Counted from the first letter of the stretch, positions 1 to 10,021 are shown. The stretch: DNA of 46,637 nucleotides from Gemmatimonadota bacterium (GCA_050257455.1 JBLMWX010000024.1:1-46637); one strand, 5' to 3'. Notes: generated by a model not told the origin, from the letters alone. Numbers and translations are program-made.

Positions 1-898
1 CCAGAAACTCCTCGTGGTCCGACACGCCGAAGACGAACTCGTCCAGGTACGCGCGCATCTGCGCGTCCGTCCGGATCGCGTTCAGCATGTCGACGTGCGC
101 GAGGTCGATCTCGTACCGCGCCGGCATCGACCCGGGGTACGCCCCGAACGGGGCGTGGACCACCCCGTCCACGAGAAAATAGGGGATCGTCGTGCGCATC
201 GGGTCCTTTCGGAACTCGTCGGGCTCGACGATCTCCTCCGCCGAGACGATCACGCGGTGCGACGCCATGGCCGCCTCGAGCGCGAACAGGTTCGTGCCGA
301 AGATCCGCGCGTCGCCGTGGACGTCCGCCTGGTGCACGTGGATGAGCGCGACGTCCGGGTTCAGCGCCGGCACGAGGCACACGGGATCCCCCGTGTACGG
401 GTCGTCGATGACCCGCGCCGCCGAGACCGTCAGGTTGTCGGTGCCCAGGAGATCCCGGGTCGGCAGGAACGGCACGCCCCGCGCGCCTGCCAGCAACCGG
501 AGGGCCAGGCCCCCGTTCGTCCACTCGTAGACCTTGACGCGGCCCTCGCAGACCGCCTGGCCGATGTAGCTCCCATAGCCGAGGAACCCGACGTCGATCC
601 GCGTGGCGCAGCCGGCGCCGACCAGGAGCGACGACTCGTGGAGCGTGAACTCGGCGCCGATCCAGAGGTCCTTCCTGCGCTGCCGGATGATTTCCCGGAC
701 GAGCGCCTGGGGCCCGCGGGTGAGGCTCGAGAAGTCGTAGACGATGTAGTCGCCGTCCGAGACCAGCGATGCGACGGCATCCCTCGCCGAAAGGAGCTTC
801 GACTCCGGCCGGCGGCTCTTCCTGTCGCGGACGAAGCGGCGGAAGGCGTCGGGGTGCTCGAACCGGTATTCGACGTTCCCCTCCCTGCGGATCGTCAT
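1..898 (-). CDS. Family I CoA-transferase subunit A, glutaconate CoA-transferase (GctA)-like; 3' end runs off the window
   Basis: Absent from the ORF track because it has no stop in the window. Translated by hand from ATG 898 (ATGA overlap with the meaB stop, GGAGGAGG RBS): MTIRREG...LVSDGDYI...RGPQALVREIIRQ...GARGVPFLPTRDLLGTD...DPYTGDPVCLVPALNPDVALIHVHQADVHGDA...VIVSAEEIV...VDGVVHAPFGAYP, typical of GctA-type subunits. Confidence 0.85.
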   Translation of the reverse strand, partial: MTIRREGNVEYRFEHPDAFRRFVRDRKSRRPESKLLSARDAVASLVSDGDYIVYDFSSLTRGPQALVREIIRQRRKDLWIGAEFTLHESSLLVGAGCATRIDVGFLGYGSYIGQAVCEGRVKVYEWTNGGLALRLLAGARGVPFLPTRDLLGTDNLTVSAARVIDDPYTGDPVCLVPALNPDVALIHVHQADVHGDARIFGTNLFALEAAMASHRVIVSAEEIVEPDEFRKDPMRTTIPYFLVDGVVHAPFGAYPGSMPARYEIDLAHVDMLNAIRTDAQMRAYLDEFVFGVSDHEEFL

Positions 899-1917
899 AC
901 CCTCCTCCTCCGGCGCCGCGCCGGCGGGCGGGCCCGCTCCTCGTTCATCAGGTGGAACGCGAACCTGTGGTCGACCACCTTTTCGACGATCGAGTACGGA
1001 TCCCGCTTCTTCCGGGCGATGTCGGCGAGAATCGGCTCGAGAAGGCCGTGGACGTCGAGGTCGCCGATCGCCTTCTCGAGGAGTTTCTTCTTCAGGATCT
1101 CGAGGAGCTCCACCCGGGCCTTCCCCGCCTGGTACCGGGAGAGGTTGTCCGCGCGGTAGACGTAGCCGCGGTGCTTCCCCACCTCCTCGAGAAGTTCATC
1201 GACCCCGGTCCCCGCCTGCGCGACCGTCGAGACGACGGGGGGGACCCAACGCCCTTCCTCGTAGACGTTCATCGAGATCATTGTCTCGATCTCGCGGCGG
1301 GTCTTGTCCGCTCCCTCGCGGTCGGACTTGTTGACCACGAAGACGTCGGCGATCTCCAGGATCCCGGCCTTCATCGCCTGGATGTCGTCGCCGAGTCCGG
1401 GGACGACGACGACGACGTTCGTGTGGGCGACCTTGACGATCTCGACCTCGTCCTGGCCGACGCCGACCGTCTCGATAATGACGACGTCCTTGCCCATCGC
1501 GTCCATCACGTTGACGATGTCGATCGTCGACTTGGAGAGGCCGCCCAGGTGTCCGCGGGTCGCGAGGCTCCTGATGAAGACGCCCTCGTCGAGAGCGTGT
1601 TTCGACATGCGGATCCGGTCCCCGAGGATCGCGCCGCCGGAAAACGGGCTCGTCGGGTCGATGGCGACGATCCCGACCGTCTTCCCCTCGGCCCGGAGCC
1701 GCTCGGTGATGCAGTCGACGAGGGTGGACTTTCCCGCCCCGGGGGCTCCGGTGACCCCGAGGATGTACGCCCGGCCGGTATGCCTGTACAGGGACTTGAG
1801 GATCCGGTTCGCGGCCGGGATCTCGTCGTCGAGGTCGCGCATCAGGCGGGCCGCGGCGCGCACGTCGCCGGACAGCACCTCCCTCGCTCCCGCCGACCGC
1901 CCTCCCATCGCGCGCAC
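895..1917 (-). CDS. meaB: MeaB/ArgK G-protein chaperone of B12 acyl-CoA mutase
   Basis: Motifs GVTGAPGAGKST, AIDPTSPFSGGAILGDRIRM, ETVGVGQDE, NKSD. Start is GTG 1917 or ATG 1908. Confidence 0.93.
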   Translation of the reverse strand: MRAMGGRSAGAREVLSGDVRAAARLMRDLDDEIPAANRILKSLYRHTGRAYILGVTGAPGAGKSTLVDCITERLRAEGKTVGIVAIDPTSPFSGGAILGDRIRMSKHALDEGVFIRSLATRGHLGGLSKSTIDIVNVMDAMGKDVVIIETVGVGQDEVEIVKVAHTNVVVVVPGLGDDIQAMKAGILEIADVFVVNKSDREGADKTRREIETMISMNVYEEGRWVPPVVSTVAQAGTGVDELLEEVGKHRGYVYRADNLSRYQAGKARVELLEILKKKLLEKAIGDLDVHGLLEPILADIARKKRDPYSIVEKVVDHRFAFHLMNEERARPPARRRRRRV

Positions 1918-1924
1918 CCCCGTG

Positions 1925-3067
1925 CTAGCCCCGGATCAGCCGCCGCGCGATGATCATGCGCTGGACCTCGGAGGTTCCCTCGCCGATCTCGCACAGCTTC
2001 GCGTCCCGCATGTACCGCTCCACGGGGTACTCGCGCGTGTAACCGTACCCCCCGAAGATCTGGACGGCCTTGATCGTCCCGCGCATCGCGGCCTCCGAGG
2101 CGAACAGCTTCGCCATGGCGGCCTCCTGGACGAACGGCCTCCCCGCGTCCTTGAGCCAGGCGGCCCGCAGGGTCAGAAGCTCCGACGCCTCGAGCTCCGT
2201 GCAGGTATCCGCGATCATCCACCGGATCGCCTGGAAGGAGGCGATCGGCTGGCCGAACTGGCGCCGCTCCTTCGCGTACGCGATCGCCTCGTCGATCGCC
2301 CCGAAGCCGATCCCGACCGAGAGCGCGGCGATCGAGATGCGTCCCCCCGCGAGGTTGCTCATGGTGTCCCGGAACCCGCGGTTGACCTCGCCGACGACGT
2401 TTGCGGGCTTGACCTCGAGGTCCTCGAAGACGAGCTCGGCCGTATCCGAGGAGCGCATCCCCAGCTTGTGGAGCTTCTTCCCGACGGAGAGGCCCCGGGT
2501 TCCCCCTTCGACGAGGAAGGCCGTCACGCCGTCCCGCCCCTTCTCCCTGTCGGTGACGGCGAGGATCACGTAGACGCCCGCCACGCTCCCCTGGGTGATG
2601 AACATCTTGCTCCCGTTGAGGATCCAGCGGTCCCCCCGCCACTCCGCCTTCGTCCTCATGGCGAGGGAATCGGAGCCCGAGCCGGGCTCGGTCAGCGCCC
2701 AGGCGCCGAGCATCCGCCCCGAGGCGAGTTCCGGGAGGTACTTCCGACGGATCGCCTCGGAGCCGAAGGCCAGGATATGGGCGGTGCACAGGGAGTTGTG
2801 GGAGGCGACGGTGAGCCCGAGCGACCCGTCCCCCTTCCCGATCTCCTCGACCGCGAGGGCGTAGCTGATCGTGTCCATCCCCGATCCCCCGTACTCCTCG
2901 GGGACCATCACCCCCATGAGACCCAGCTCGCCGAGGGCCGCGACCGTGTCGGACGGGAATTCGCCCGCCTCGTCCCACAGGCGCGCCTTCGGCTTCACCT
3001 CGTTCTCGACGAACGACCGGACCGTGTCCCGCAGGGCGACGTGCTCGGGTGCCAGCTCGAACCGCAT
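1925..3067 (-). CDS. Acyl-CoA dehydrogenase, probable isovaleryl-CoA (beta-branched) type
   Basis: Start MRFELAPEH at 3067. Motifs [26 protein letters not shown]. The C-terminal motif is EIGEGTSE (Gly in place of the usual Tyr). Confidence 0.9.
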   Translation of the reverse strand: MRFELAPEHVALRDTVRSFVENEVKPKARLWDEAGEFPSDTVAALGELGLMGVMVPEEYGGSGMDTISYALAVEEIGKGDGSLGLTVASHNSLCTAHILAFGSEAIRRKYLPELASGRMLGAWALTEPGSGSDSLAMRTKAEWRGDRWILNGSKMFITQGSVAGVYVILAVTDREKGRDGVTAFLVEGGTRGLSVGKKLHKLGMRSSDTAELVFEDLEVKPANVVGEVNRGFRDTMSNLAGGRISIAALSVGIGFGAIDEAIAYAKERRQFGQPIASFQAIRWMIADTCTELEASELLTLRAAWLKDAGRPFVQEAAMAKLFASEAAMRGTIKAVQIFGGYGYTREYPVERYMRDAKLCEIGEGTSEVQRMIIARRLIRG

Positions 3068-3078
3068 CGCGCCGCTCG

Positions 3079-3636
3079 TCAGGCCGGGACGAAGTAGACG
3101 TCGGTCGGCTTGAGCTGGGAGTTGCGCCGGAATTTCGCCTTGATCTCCATCCCGATCCGGATGTCCTCCGGTCTCTCGACCCCGATCAGCCGCGCCAGCA
3201 GCAGCGTGTCCGCGCCGTCGAACTCGACGAGCACCAGGTGGAACGGCGTCTCCTCGAGGAATTCCTCGCTGCCGTAGTAGCACGTCGTGAACGTGTGGAC
3301 CCGCCCCTCCTTCGGGAGCTCGACCCACTCGTTCTCTCCCCCGCAGAAGGTGCAGTGGAGCCGCGGGGTCGCCCAGGTGTAGTCGCACTTCGGGCACCGG
3401 GTCCCGAGGATCTTCCCGTTGGCCAGCCCGGCGAAGAAGGGCGAATCCTGGCCGTAGGAGTGGATGTACTCGACGGAGTACGGGTGCTTGATCACGATCG
3501 GGGACATCCCCTTGAGCGCGCCGAGGTCCTTCGGGAACGGGACGTTGAACACCGTCGTGCCCGTCATCAGCTCGGGCAGCTTCGCGTTCCGGTCGAACCG
3601 CGGCCCCCCGGTTCCTTTCTTCGCGGCGTTCGCCAT
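3079..3636 (-). CDS. DUF35 family Zn-ribbon/OB-fold acyl-CoA-binding protein
   Basis: Start MANAAKK at 3636. [27 protein letters not shown] zinc ribbon, then a GRVHTFT...[11 protein letters not shown]...[11 protein letters not shown] fold. Directly downstream of the thiolase-fold gene. Confidence 0.88.
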   Translation of the reverse strand: MANAAKKGTGGPRFDRNAKLPELMTGTTVFNVPFPKDLGALKGMSPIVIKHPYSVEYIHSYGQDSPFFAGLANGKILGTRCPKCDYTWATPRLHCTFCGGENEWVELPKEGRVHTFTTCYYGSEEFLEETPFHLVLVEFDGADTLLLARLIGVERPEDIRIGMEIKAKFRRNSQLKPTDVYFVPA

Positions 3637-3638
3637 GG

Positions 3639-4925
3639 CTACCACCCCCGTTCCATGATCGACACGGTGACGTAGGTCCCCGTGCCGGCGTGGCTGTGGA
3701 TGAGACCCCGGTTCGCCCGTTTGAGCTGGAGCTCGCCGGACCCGAAGTGCTTCTTGATGCTCCCCTGGATCTGCCAGAAGGCGAACACCGCCTGCATGAG
3801 GCCGGTCGCCCCGACGGGGTGGCCGCACGCGATCAGGCCGCCCGAGGGGTTGACGGGAATGGTCCCCTTCTTCCTGAGCTTGAGCCCGTAGTCGATCTGC
3901 GGCATGAAGGGGTGCCCTTCCTCGACGAACCTGCCGCCGTCGCCGTACTTGCAGAGGGCCAGGTCCTCGTACGTCTGGATCTCCGACGACGTGTACGCGT
4001 CGTGGAGCTCGACGAAGTCGATCTCCCTGATGGGATCCCTGATCCCGGCCATCTTGTACGCCTGGAGACCCGCGCTGCGCCCGGCCCGGAACGAGTGCAC
4101 GCCGGGGTACTTGAGGTTCCTGTAGTCGCTCTCCTTCTCGTTCGGGGCGAGGATCACCTTCCCGTGCGGCCGGTCGGCCATCCGCATCATGTCGGTGCCG
4201 GTGCCCACCCCCGTGATCTTCACCGGCCGGTCCGTCAGCCGGAACGCCGTCTCCTCGTCGGCCAGGATGCAGACCGCCGCGCCGTCCGACATCACGCAGA
4301 TGTCGAGGAGCGTGAGCGGGTACGCGACCATCTCGGCGTTGCGCACGTCGGCGATGGTGAGCTTGCGCCGCTTCTGGGCGTACGGGTTGTCGTAGGCGTT
4401 CATGTGGTTCTTGACCGACACCATCGCCAGCTGCTCGACGGTCGTCCCGAACTCGTGCATGTGCCGGTTCACCATCATCGCGTAGTAGCCGGAGTAGAAG
4501 CCGCCCACGGGATAGTCGAAGCTCACGTCCGACGCCAGCGCGATGAACTCGTTTCCCTTCCACGTCTGCACGTGCGACATCGTCTCGAACCCGAACGCGA
4601 CGCAGCAGTTCATCCGGCCCGACGCGACCGCCTCCCAGCCCGCCTGGAAGCACAGGCCGCCCGTGGCGCCGCCGCCCTCGATCCGCTTGTTGGGCTTGGG
4701 GCAGAGCCCGAGGTAGTCGGTGGCCATGATCCCCGCCATGAGCTGGCGGGTGAAATGGTCCGAGAAGTACGACCCGACGGAGCCGTCGATCATCGCCGGC
4801 TTGAGCTTCGGCACGTCGCCGAGCGCGTAGTCGAACGCCTCCTTCACGATCTTCTGGAAGGTCGCGTCGGGGCGCGCCTTCCGGAACTTGCTGATCCCCC
4901 CCGATACCATGTAGACCGGTCTCAC
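3639..4925 (-). CDS. SCP2/archaeal-type thiolase-fold protein lacking catalytic cysteines
   Basis: Thiolase motifs [43 protein letters not shown]. The nucleophile loop reads EGGGATGG (no Cys) and the C-terminal loop reads HSHAGTG (no Cys). Confidence 0.9.
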   Translation of the reverse strand: MRPVYMVSGGISKFRKARPDATFQKIVKEAFDYALGDVPKLKPAMIDGSVGSYFSDHFTRQLMAGIMATDYLGLCPKPNKRIEGGGATGGLCFQAGWEAVASGRMNCCVAFGFETMSHVQTWKGNEFIALASDVSFDYPVGGFYSGYYAMMVNRHMHEFGTTVEQLAMVSVKNHMNAYDNPYAQKRRKLTIADVRNAEMVAYPLTLLDICVMSDGAAVCILADEETAFRLTDRPVKITGVGTGTDMMRMADRPHGKVILAPNEKESDYRNLKYPGVHSFRAGRSAGLQAYKMAGIRDPIREIDFVELHDAYTSSEIQTYEDLALCKYGDGGRFVEEGHPFMPQIDYGLKLRKKGTIPVNPSGGLIACGHPVGATGLMQAVFAFWQIQGSIKKHFGSGELQLKRANRGLIHSHAGTGTYVTVSIMERGW

Positions 4926-4953
4926 GGGATTCCCCCTTCGGTCGGAATTGTTG

Positions 4954-5403
4954 TCATGCCCTCGGCCGGACCCGCTCGCCGACGTAGTCGATGATCGCCT
5001 GGAGCGGGGTCCCCGGCGTGAACACGCGGTCGACGCCTCTCTTCCGGAGGAACGGAATGTCGTCGTCCGGGATGATCCCGCCGCCGAAGACGACCACGTC
5101 GCCCATCTTCTTCTCCTTCAGCAGCTCGACGACCCGCGGGAAGAGGTAGTTGTGGGCGCCCGAGAGGATCGACAGCCCGATCGCGTCGACGTCCTCCTGG
5201 ACCGCCGCGTTGACGATCATTTCCGGGGTCTGGTGGAGCCCCGTGTAGATGACCTCGAATCCCGCGTCCCGAAGGGCCCGGGCGATGATCTTCGCCCCCC
5301 GGTCGTGCCCGTCGAGCCCGGGCTTCCCCACGAGGATCCGGACCTTTCGCGCGACATGCCTCGCCTTCGTGCCCGACTTGCTCCGCGCCTGTGCGCTCGC
5401 CAT
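4954..5403 (-). CDS. Cobalamin-binding small subunit of acyl-CoA mutase (IcmB/MCM C-terminal-like)
   Basis: B12-binding motif [12 protein letters not shown], plus GLSILSGAH and GGGIIP. Confidence 0.93.
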   Translation of the reverse strand: MASAQARSKSGTKARHVARKVRILVGKPGLDGHDRGAKIIARALRDAGFEVIYTGLHQTPEMIVNAAVQEDVDAIGLSILSGAHNYLFPRVVELLKEKKMGDVVVFGGGIIPDDDIPFLRKRGVDRVFTPGTPLQAIIDYVGERVRPRA

Positions 5404-5424
5404 GGATCGCCCCCCTGTCTTTGG

Positions 5425-7107
5425 TCAGAAAATCGCCGGATCCGCGTACGTGCCCATCGTCTCGCGGAACGCGTCGCAGATCTCCCCGAGGGTGACGTAT
5501 TCCCTCACCGCCTCGAGGATGACCGGCATGAGGTTCGTCTTCGGCGAGAGCGACGCATCCTTGAGCGCGTCGACGCACGCGGCGACCTTCCTCGCGTCCC
5601 TCTTCCGCCTGACCTCCCGCGTGCGCTCCACCTGCTTCCGCTCCACCTCGGGATCGATCTTGAGGAGCGGGATCCGGGGCTCCTCCGTCATCTGGTAGCA
5701 GTTGACCCCGACGATCTTCTTGTCCCCCGTCTCGAGGAGGCGCTGGTAGCGGAACGCCGCGTCCGCGACCTCGCGCTGCGGATAGCCGCGCTTGATCGCG
5801 TTGACCATCCCCCCCATCTCGTCGATCTTCCCGATGTACGCCATCGCCTTCCGTTCCATCTCGTCGGTCAGGGCCTCGACGCAGAAGGAGCCCCCGAGCG
5901 GGTCGATGGTGTTGGCCACGCCCGTCTCGTCGGCGAGGATCTGCTGGGTCCGCAGGGCGACCGTCACGGCCTGCTCCGTGGGCAACGCGAGGGTCTCGTC
6001 CATCGAATTCGTGTGGAGCGACTGGGTCCCGCCGAGCACCGCCATCAGCCCCTGGAGGGCGACGCGGACGACGTTGTTGATCGGCTGCTGGGCGGTGAGC
6101 GTGCACCCCGCGGTCTGGGTGTGGAACCTGAGCTTCCAGGATGCCTCGTCCTTCGCCTTGAACCGCTCCCGCATGATGCGGGCCCACATGCGCCGCGCGG
6201 CGCGGTACTTGGCGATCTCCTCGAAGAAGTCGATGTGCGCGTTGAAGAAGTAGGACAGCCGGGGCGCGAACCTGTCCACGGGGATCCCGGCGTCGATTCC
6301 CGCCTGGACGTACGCGATTCCGTCCGCGATGGTGAACGCGAGCTCCTGGACGGCCGTGGATCCCGCCTCGCGGATGTGGTATCCGCTGATGCTGATCGTG
6401 TTCCACTTCGGGACGTGGTCGGCGCAGTACGCGAGCGTGTCGACGATGATCCGCATCGACGGCTCCGGCGGGAAGATCCAGGAATGCTGCGCGATGTACT
6501 CCTTCAGGATGTCGTTCTGGATGGTCCCGCCGATCCTGTGGGACGAGACGCCCTGCTTCTCGGCCACGGCGATGTACATCGCCAGCAGGACCGCGGCCGG
6601 CGAGTTGATCGTCATCGACGTCGTGACCTTGTCGAGGGGAATCCCGTCGAACAGGATCTCCATGTCCTTGAGGGAGTCGACCGCGACGCCGCACTGTCCC
6701 ACCTCGCCCCGCGACCGGGCGTGGTCCGAATCGTAGCCCATGAGCGTCGGGAAATGGAAGGCCACCGACAGGCCCGTCTGGCCCTGGCCCAGCAGGTAAT
6801 GGTACCGGCGGTTCGTGTCCTCGGCCGACCCGAACCCGGCGAACTGGCGCATCGTCCACAGCCGCCCGCGGTACATGGACGGCTGAACGCCGCGCGTATA
6901 CGGGTACTCCCCCGGGAACCCGAGGTCCCTCGCGTAATCGAGGCCGGCGACGTCGCCGGGGCCGTACAGGTCCCGGACTTCCTCGTCGGAGACGGTCGAG
7001 AATCGCGCTCTCAGCTCGGGCGAGCGGGCCAGCAGGGGCGACAGCGTGCCCCCTTCCCACCGCGTCCTCCCGTCGGCGACTGCCTTGAGCTTCCTCTTGT
7101 CGTACAC
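5425..7107 (-). CDS. B12-dependent acyl-CoA mutase large subunit, isobutyryl-CoA mutase-like
   Basis: GTG start at 7107 after a GGGGAGG RBS. Motifs [47 protein letters not shown]. Specificity positions are F89 and Q207. Confidence 0.92.
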   Translation of the reverse strand: MYDKRKLKAVADGRTRWEGGTLSPLLARSPELRARFSTVSDEEVRDLYGPGDVAGLDYARDLGFPGEYPYTRGVQPSMYRGRLWTMRQFAGFGSAEDTNRRYHYLLGQGQTGLSVAFHFPTLMGYDSDHARSRGEVGQCGVAVDSLKDMEILFDGIPLDKVTTSMTINSPAAVLLAMYIAVAEKQGVSSHRIGGTIQNDILKEYIAQHSWIFPPEPSMRIIVDTLAYCADHVPKWNTISISGYHIREAGSTAVQELAFTIADGIAYVQAGIDAGIPVDRFAPRLSYFFNAHIDFFEEIAKYRAARRMWARIMRERFKAKDEASWKLRFHTQTAGCTLTAQQPINNVVRVALQGLMAVLGGTQSLHTNSMDETLALPTEQAVTVALRTQQILADETGVANTIDPLGGSFCVEALTDEMERKAMAYIGKIDEMGGMVNAIKRGYPQREVADAAFRYQRLLETGDKKIVGVNCYQMTEEPRIPLLKIDPEVERKQVERTREVRRKRDARKVAACVDALKDASLSPKTNLMPVILEAVREYVTLGEICDAFRETMGTYADPAIF

Positions 7108-7148
7108 GATCCTTGTCCTCCCCCTTGGACGGGCCCGGCCCGCCCGGT

Positions 7149-7688
7149 TCAACGCTCGATGCCGACGCGGGCGTCCACGCCCCTGGCGTAATAGTGCTTG
7201 ATCTCCCGCATTTCGGTGACCAGGTCGGCGATCTCCAGGAACGCCGCGGGCGCCCCCCGCCCCGTGAGGATGATCTCCATCCCGTCGGGCTTCCGGCGCA
7301 GGACGTCGAGGACCTCCCCGGGGTCGAGGAGGCCGTAGTCGGCGGCGCAGTTGATCTCGTCGAGGACCACGAGGTCGGCCTTCCCGCCCAGGATCACGGC
7401 GCTGGCCAGCTCCCACCCCTCCCGCGCCAGGCGGACATCCTCGGGATCGGGATCCTTCCTGTTGACGAAGGTGTCGCGGCCGGCCTGGTGGATCTCCACG
7501 TAGGGCGACAGCATCGCGACGCCCTTGAGCTCCCCGTAGTCGATCCAGCCCTTCATGAACTGGATGATCACGGTCCGCAGCCCGTGGCCCGCCGCCCGGA
7601 CCGCCAGCCCCAGCGACGCGGTGGTCTTCCCCTTGCCGTTTCCCGTGTAGACCTGGATGTATCCCTTGCCGAGAGGCGCCCCGCCCAT
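7149..7688 (-). CDS. cobO: ATP:cob(I)alamin adenosyltransferase, CobO/BtuR/CobA type
   Basis: Motifs [52 protein letters not shown]. Confidence 0.92.
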   Translation of the reverse strand: MGGAPLGKGYIQVYTGNGKGKTTASLGLAVRAAGHGLRTVIIQFMKGWIDYGELKGVAMLSPYVEIHQAGRDTFVNRKDPDPEDVRLAREGWELASAVILGGKADLVVLDEINCAADYGLLDPGEVLDVLRRKPDGMEIILTGRGAPAAFLEIADLVTEMREIKHYYARGVDARVGIER

Positions 7689-7693
7689 GGTAC

Positions 7694-8827
7694 TCACCGC
7701 AGCAGGTCCCGTGCGATGACGACCCGCTGGATCTCCGAGGTTCCCTCGTAGATGGTACTCACCCTGATGTCCCTCAAGTGCCGCTCCACGGGATAATCCC
7801 GGACGTACCCGTATCCCCCGAGGACCTGGACCGCCTTGTGGCACGCCCGGTTCGCCGCCTCGGTCGCGAAGACCTTGGCCATCGACGCCTCGCGCGTGAA
7901 GGGCCGCCGGTTTTCCTTGAGCGCGGCGGCCCGGAAGGCGAGGAGCTGGGCCGCGTCCAGCTCGGTGGCCGCGTCGGCGAGCATCCACTGGATCGCCTGG
8001 AACTCGGCGATCGGCCGGCCGAACTGTTTCCGCTCCCGGGCGTAGGCGACGGCCGCCTCGAGGGCGGCGCCCGCGATCCCGATCGCCTGGAAGGAAATGC
8101 CGATCCGCCCGCCGTCCAGCGCGGACATGGCGATGCGGAACCCCTCGCCGGGCGCGCCGAGCATGTTCTCCTTCGGGACGCGGCAGTCGTCGAACGCCAT
8201 CGAGACCGTGTCCGAGCCCTTGAGCCCCATCTTGTGCTCGGGCCTGCCCGTCGCAAACCCCGGGGTCCCGGGCTCGACGAGGAAGGCGGTGATCTCCTTC
8301 TTCGGCTCTTTCCGGGTGACCGCCATCACGATCGTCACGCACGCGCGGGAGCCGTTCGTGATGAAGGCCTTGCTCCCGTTCAGGACGAACGAGTCGCCGT
8401 CGGGAACCGCGGTCGTGGAGATCCCGAACGCGTCGGACCCGGCGGACGGCTCGGTCAGGCCGAAGGCGCCCGCCCCTTTCCCGGAGGCGAGGGCGGGCAG
8501 GAACTTCCTGCGCTGCTCCTCGGTCCCGAACCGGAAGATCCCCTCCCCCACCATGTTCGTCACGGCCATCCCCACGACGGTCGAGGCGCACGCGGCCGCG
8601 ACTTCCCGGACGGCGATCCCGTAGGAAACGGGTCCGGCGTCGGATCCCCCGTACTCGGCCGGGTAGAGCATCCCGAGAAGCCCCAGTTCCGCGAGCTTGC
8701 GCATGTTCTCTTCCGGGTAGCGGGAGCTCTCGTCGATCTCGGCCGCCCTCGGCGCGAACTCGTTCCGCGCGAGGGACCGGACCATCGCCTCGACCTGGAG
8801 CTGCTCGTCGGTGAACGCGAACCGCAC
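7694..8827 (-). CDS. Acyl-CoA dehydrogenase (short/branched chain)
   Basis: Motifs [40 protein letters not shown] start. Confidence 0.92.
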   Translation of the reverse strand: MRFAFTDEQLQVEAMVRSLARNEFAPRAAEIDESSRYPEENMRKLAELGLLGMLYPAEYGGSDAGPVSYGIAVREVAAACASTVVGMAVTNMVGEGIFRFGTEEQRRKFLPALASGKGAGAFGLTEPSAGSDAFGISTTAVPDGDSFVLNGSKAFITNGSRACVTIVMAVTRKEPKKEITAFLVEPGTPGFATGRPEHKMGLKGSDTVSMAFDDCRVPKENMLGAPGEGFRIAMSALDGGRIGISFQAIGIAGAALEAAVAYARERKQFGRPIAEFQAIQWMLADAATELDAAQLLAFRAAALKENRRPFTREASMAKVFATEAANRACHKAVQVLGGYGYVRDYPVERHLRDIRVSTIYEGTSEIQRVVIARDLLR

Positions 8828-8834
8828 CGCTGCG

Positions 8835-9977
8835 TCAGTCCTTGATGAGAGCCGACGAGATCACCAGCCGCTGGATCTCGGAGGTGCCCTCGTAGATCTC
8901 CGTGATCTTGGCGTCGCGGAAGTGGCGCTCGGCCGGGTACTCCTTGATGTAACCGTAGCCGCCGTGGATCTGGATCCCCTTCACGCTGGCGCGCATCGCG
9001 GCCTCGGAGGCATACAGCTTCGCCATCGACGATTCCTTCGAATGCCGGGCCTTCCGGTCCTTGAGCCACGCCGCGCGGTGGGTCAGCAGCCGCGCCGCGT
9101 CGATCTCGGTCGCCATGTCGGCGAGCATCCACTGGATCGCCTGGAAATTGACGATCGGCTGGCCGAACTGCTTCCGGTCCTTCCCGTAGGCGAGGGCGTC
9201 CTCGAGCGCCGCGCGCGCGATCCCGAGCGCCTGCGCGGCGATGCCGATCCGCCCCCCGTCCAGGGTGTGCATGGCGATCTTGAAGCCGTCCCCCTCGTTC
9301 GCGAGGCGGTTGGCCGCCGGGACCTTGACGTCCTCGAAGATGAGCGACGCCGTCCCCGATGCGTTGATGCCAAGCTTTTTCTCGTGTTTTCCGACGGTTA
9401 TGCCTTCCCACTTCATGTCGACGATGAAGGCCGTGATCCCCTTGTGCGCCTTGGCCTTGTCCGTCATCGTGAACAGGACGCACGTGTCGGCCTGCGGGGC
9501 GTTGGTGATGAAGTTCTTGGTGCCGTTGACGATGTAATGATCGCCCCGGCGGACGGCAGTCGTCTTCTGGGACCCCGCGTCCGAGCCTGCGCCGGGCTCC
9601 GTCAGACCGAAGCAGCCGAGCCTCTTTCCCGACGCGAGCGGAACGAGATACGCCTTCTTCTGCTCCTCGGTGCCGAACTTGAGGATCGGGTCGCAGACCA
9701 GGGAGTTGTTGACGGACATGATGACCGCCGTCGAAGCGCACGCCCGGGCGATCTCCTCCATCGCGATCGCGTAGCAGATGTTGTCCATGCCGGCCCCGCC
9801 GTACTCCTCGGGGATCGCGACGCCCATGAATCCGAGCTCGGCCATCTGCCGGACGAGCTCCTCGGGAAAACGCCCGGTCTCGTCGAGCTCGGCCGCCTTG
9901 GGGAGCACTTCCTTCTGCGCGAAGTTGCGCGCCGTGTCCTGGATCATCCGCTGCTCTTCGGTGAGCTCGAACACCAT
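8835..9977 (-). CDS. Butyryl-CoA/short-chain acyl-CoA dehydrogenase
   Basis: Start MVFELTEEQ at 9977 after an AAGGAG RBS. Motifs FGLTEPGAGSDA and DAKITEIYEGTSE. Confidence 0.93.
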   Translation of the reverse strand: MVFELTEEQRMIQDTARNFAQKEVLPKAAELDETGRFPEELVRQMAELGFMGVAIPEEYGGAGMDNICYAIAMEEIARACASTAVIMSVNNSLVCDPILKFGTEEQKKAYLVPLASGKRLGCFGLTEPGAGSDAGSQKTTAVRRGDHYIVNGTKNFITNAPQADTCVLFTMTDKAKAHKGITAFIVDMKWEGITVGKHEKKLGINASGTASLIFEDVKVPAANRLANEGDGFKIAMHTLDGGRIGIAAQALGIARAALEDALAYGKDRKQFGQPIVNFQAIQWMLADMATEIDAARLLTHRAAWLKDRKARHSKESSMAKLYASEAAMRASVKGIQIHGGYGYIKEYPAERHFRDAKITEIYEGTSEIQRLVISSALIKD

Positions 9978-10021
9978 CGCGTCGTCTCCTTGGGTGAATG
10001 TCGGGGAGCGCCCGGGAGCGC

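Noticed and set aside
895-925. Poly-Arg C-terminal tail of MeaB
   Set aside because: Largely a by-product of the overlapping GGAGGAGG ribosome-binding site of the next gene.
7973-9146. Identical 30-nt stretch at 7973-8002 and 9117-9146
   Set aside because: It encodes the conserved [10 protein letters not shown] motif of paralogous acyl-CoA dehydrogenases under strong codon bias. It is not a mobile or regulatory repeat.
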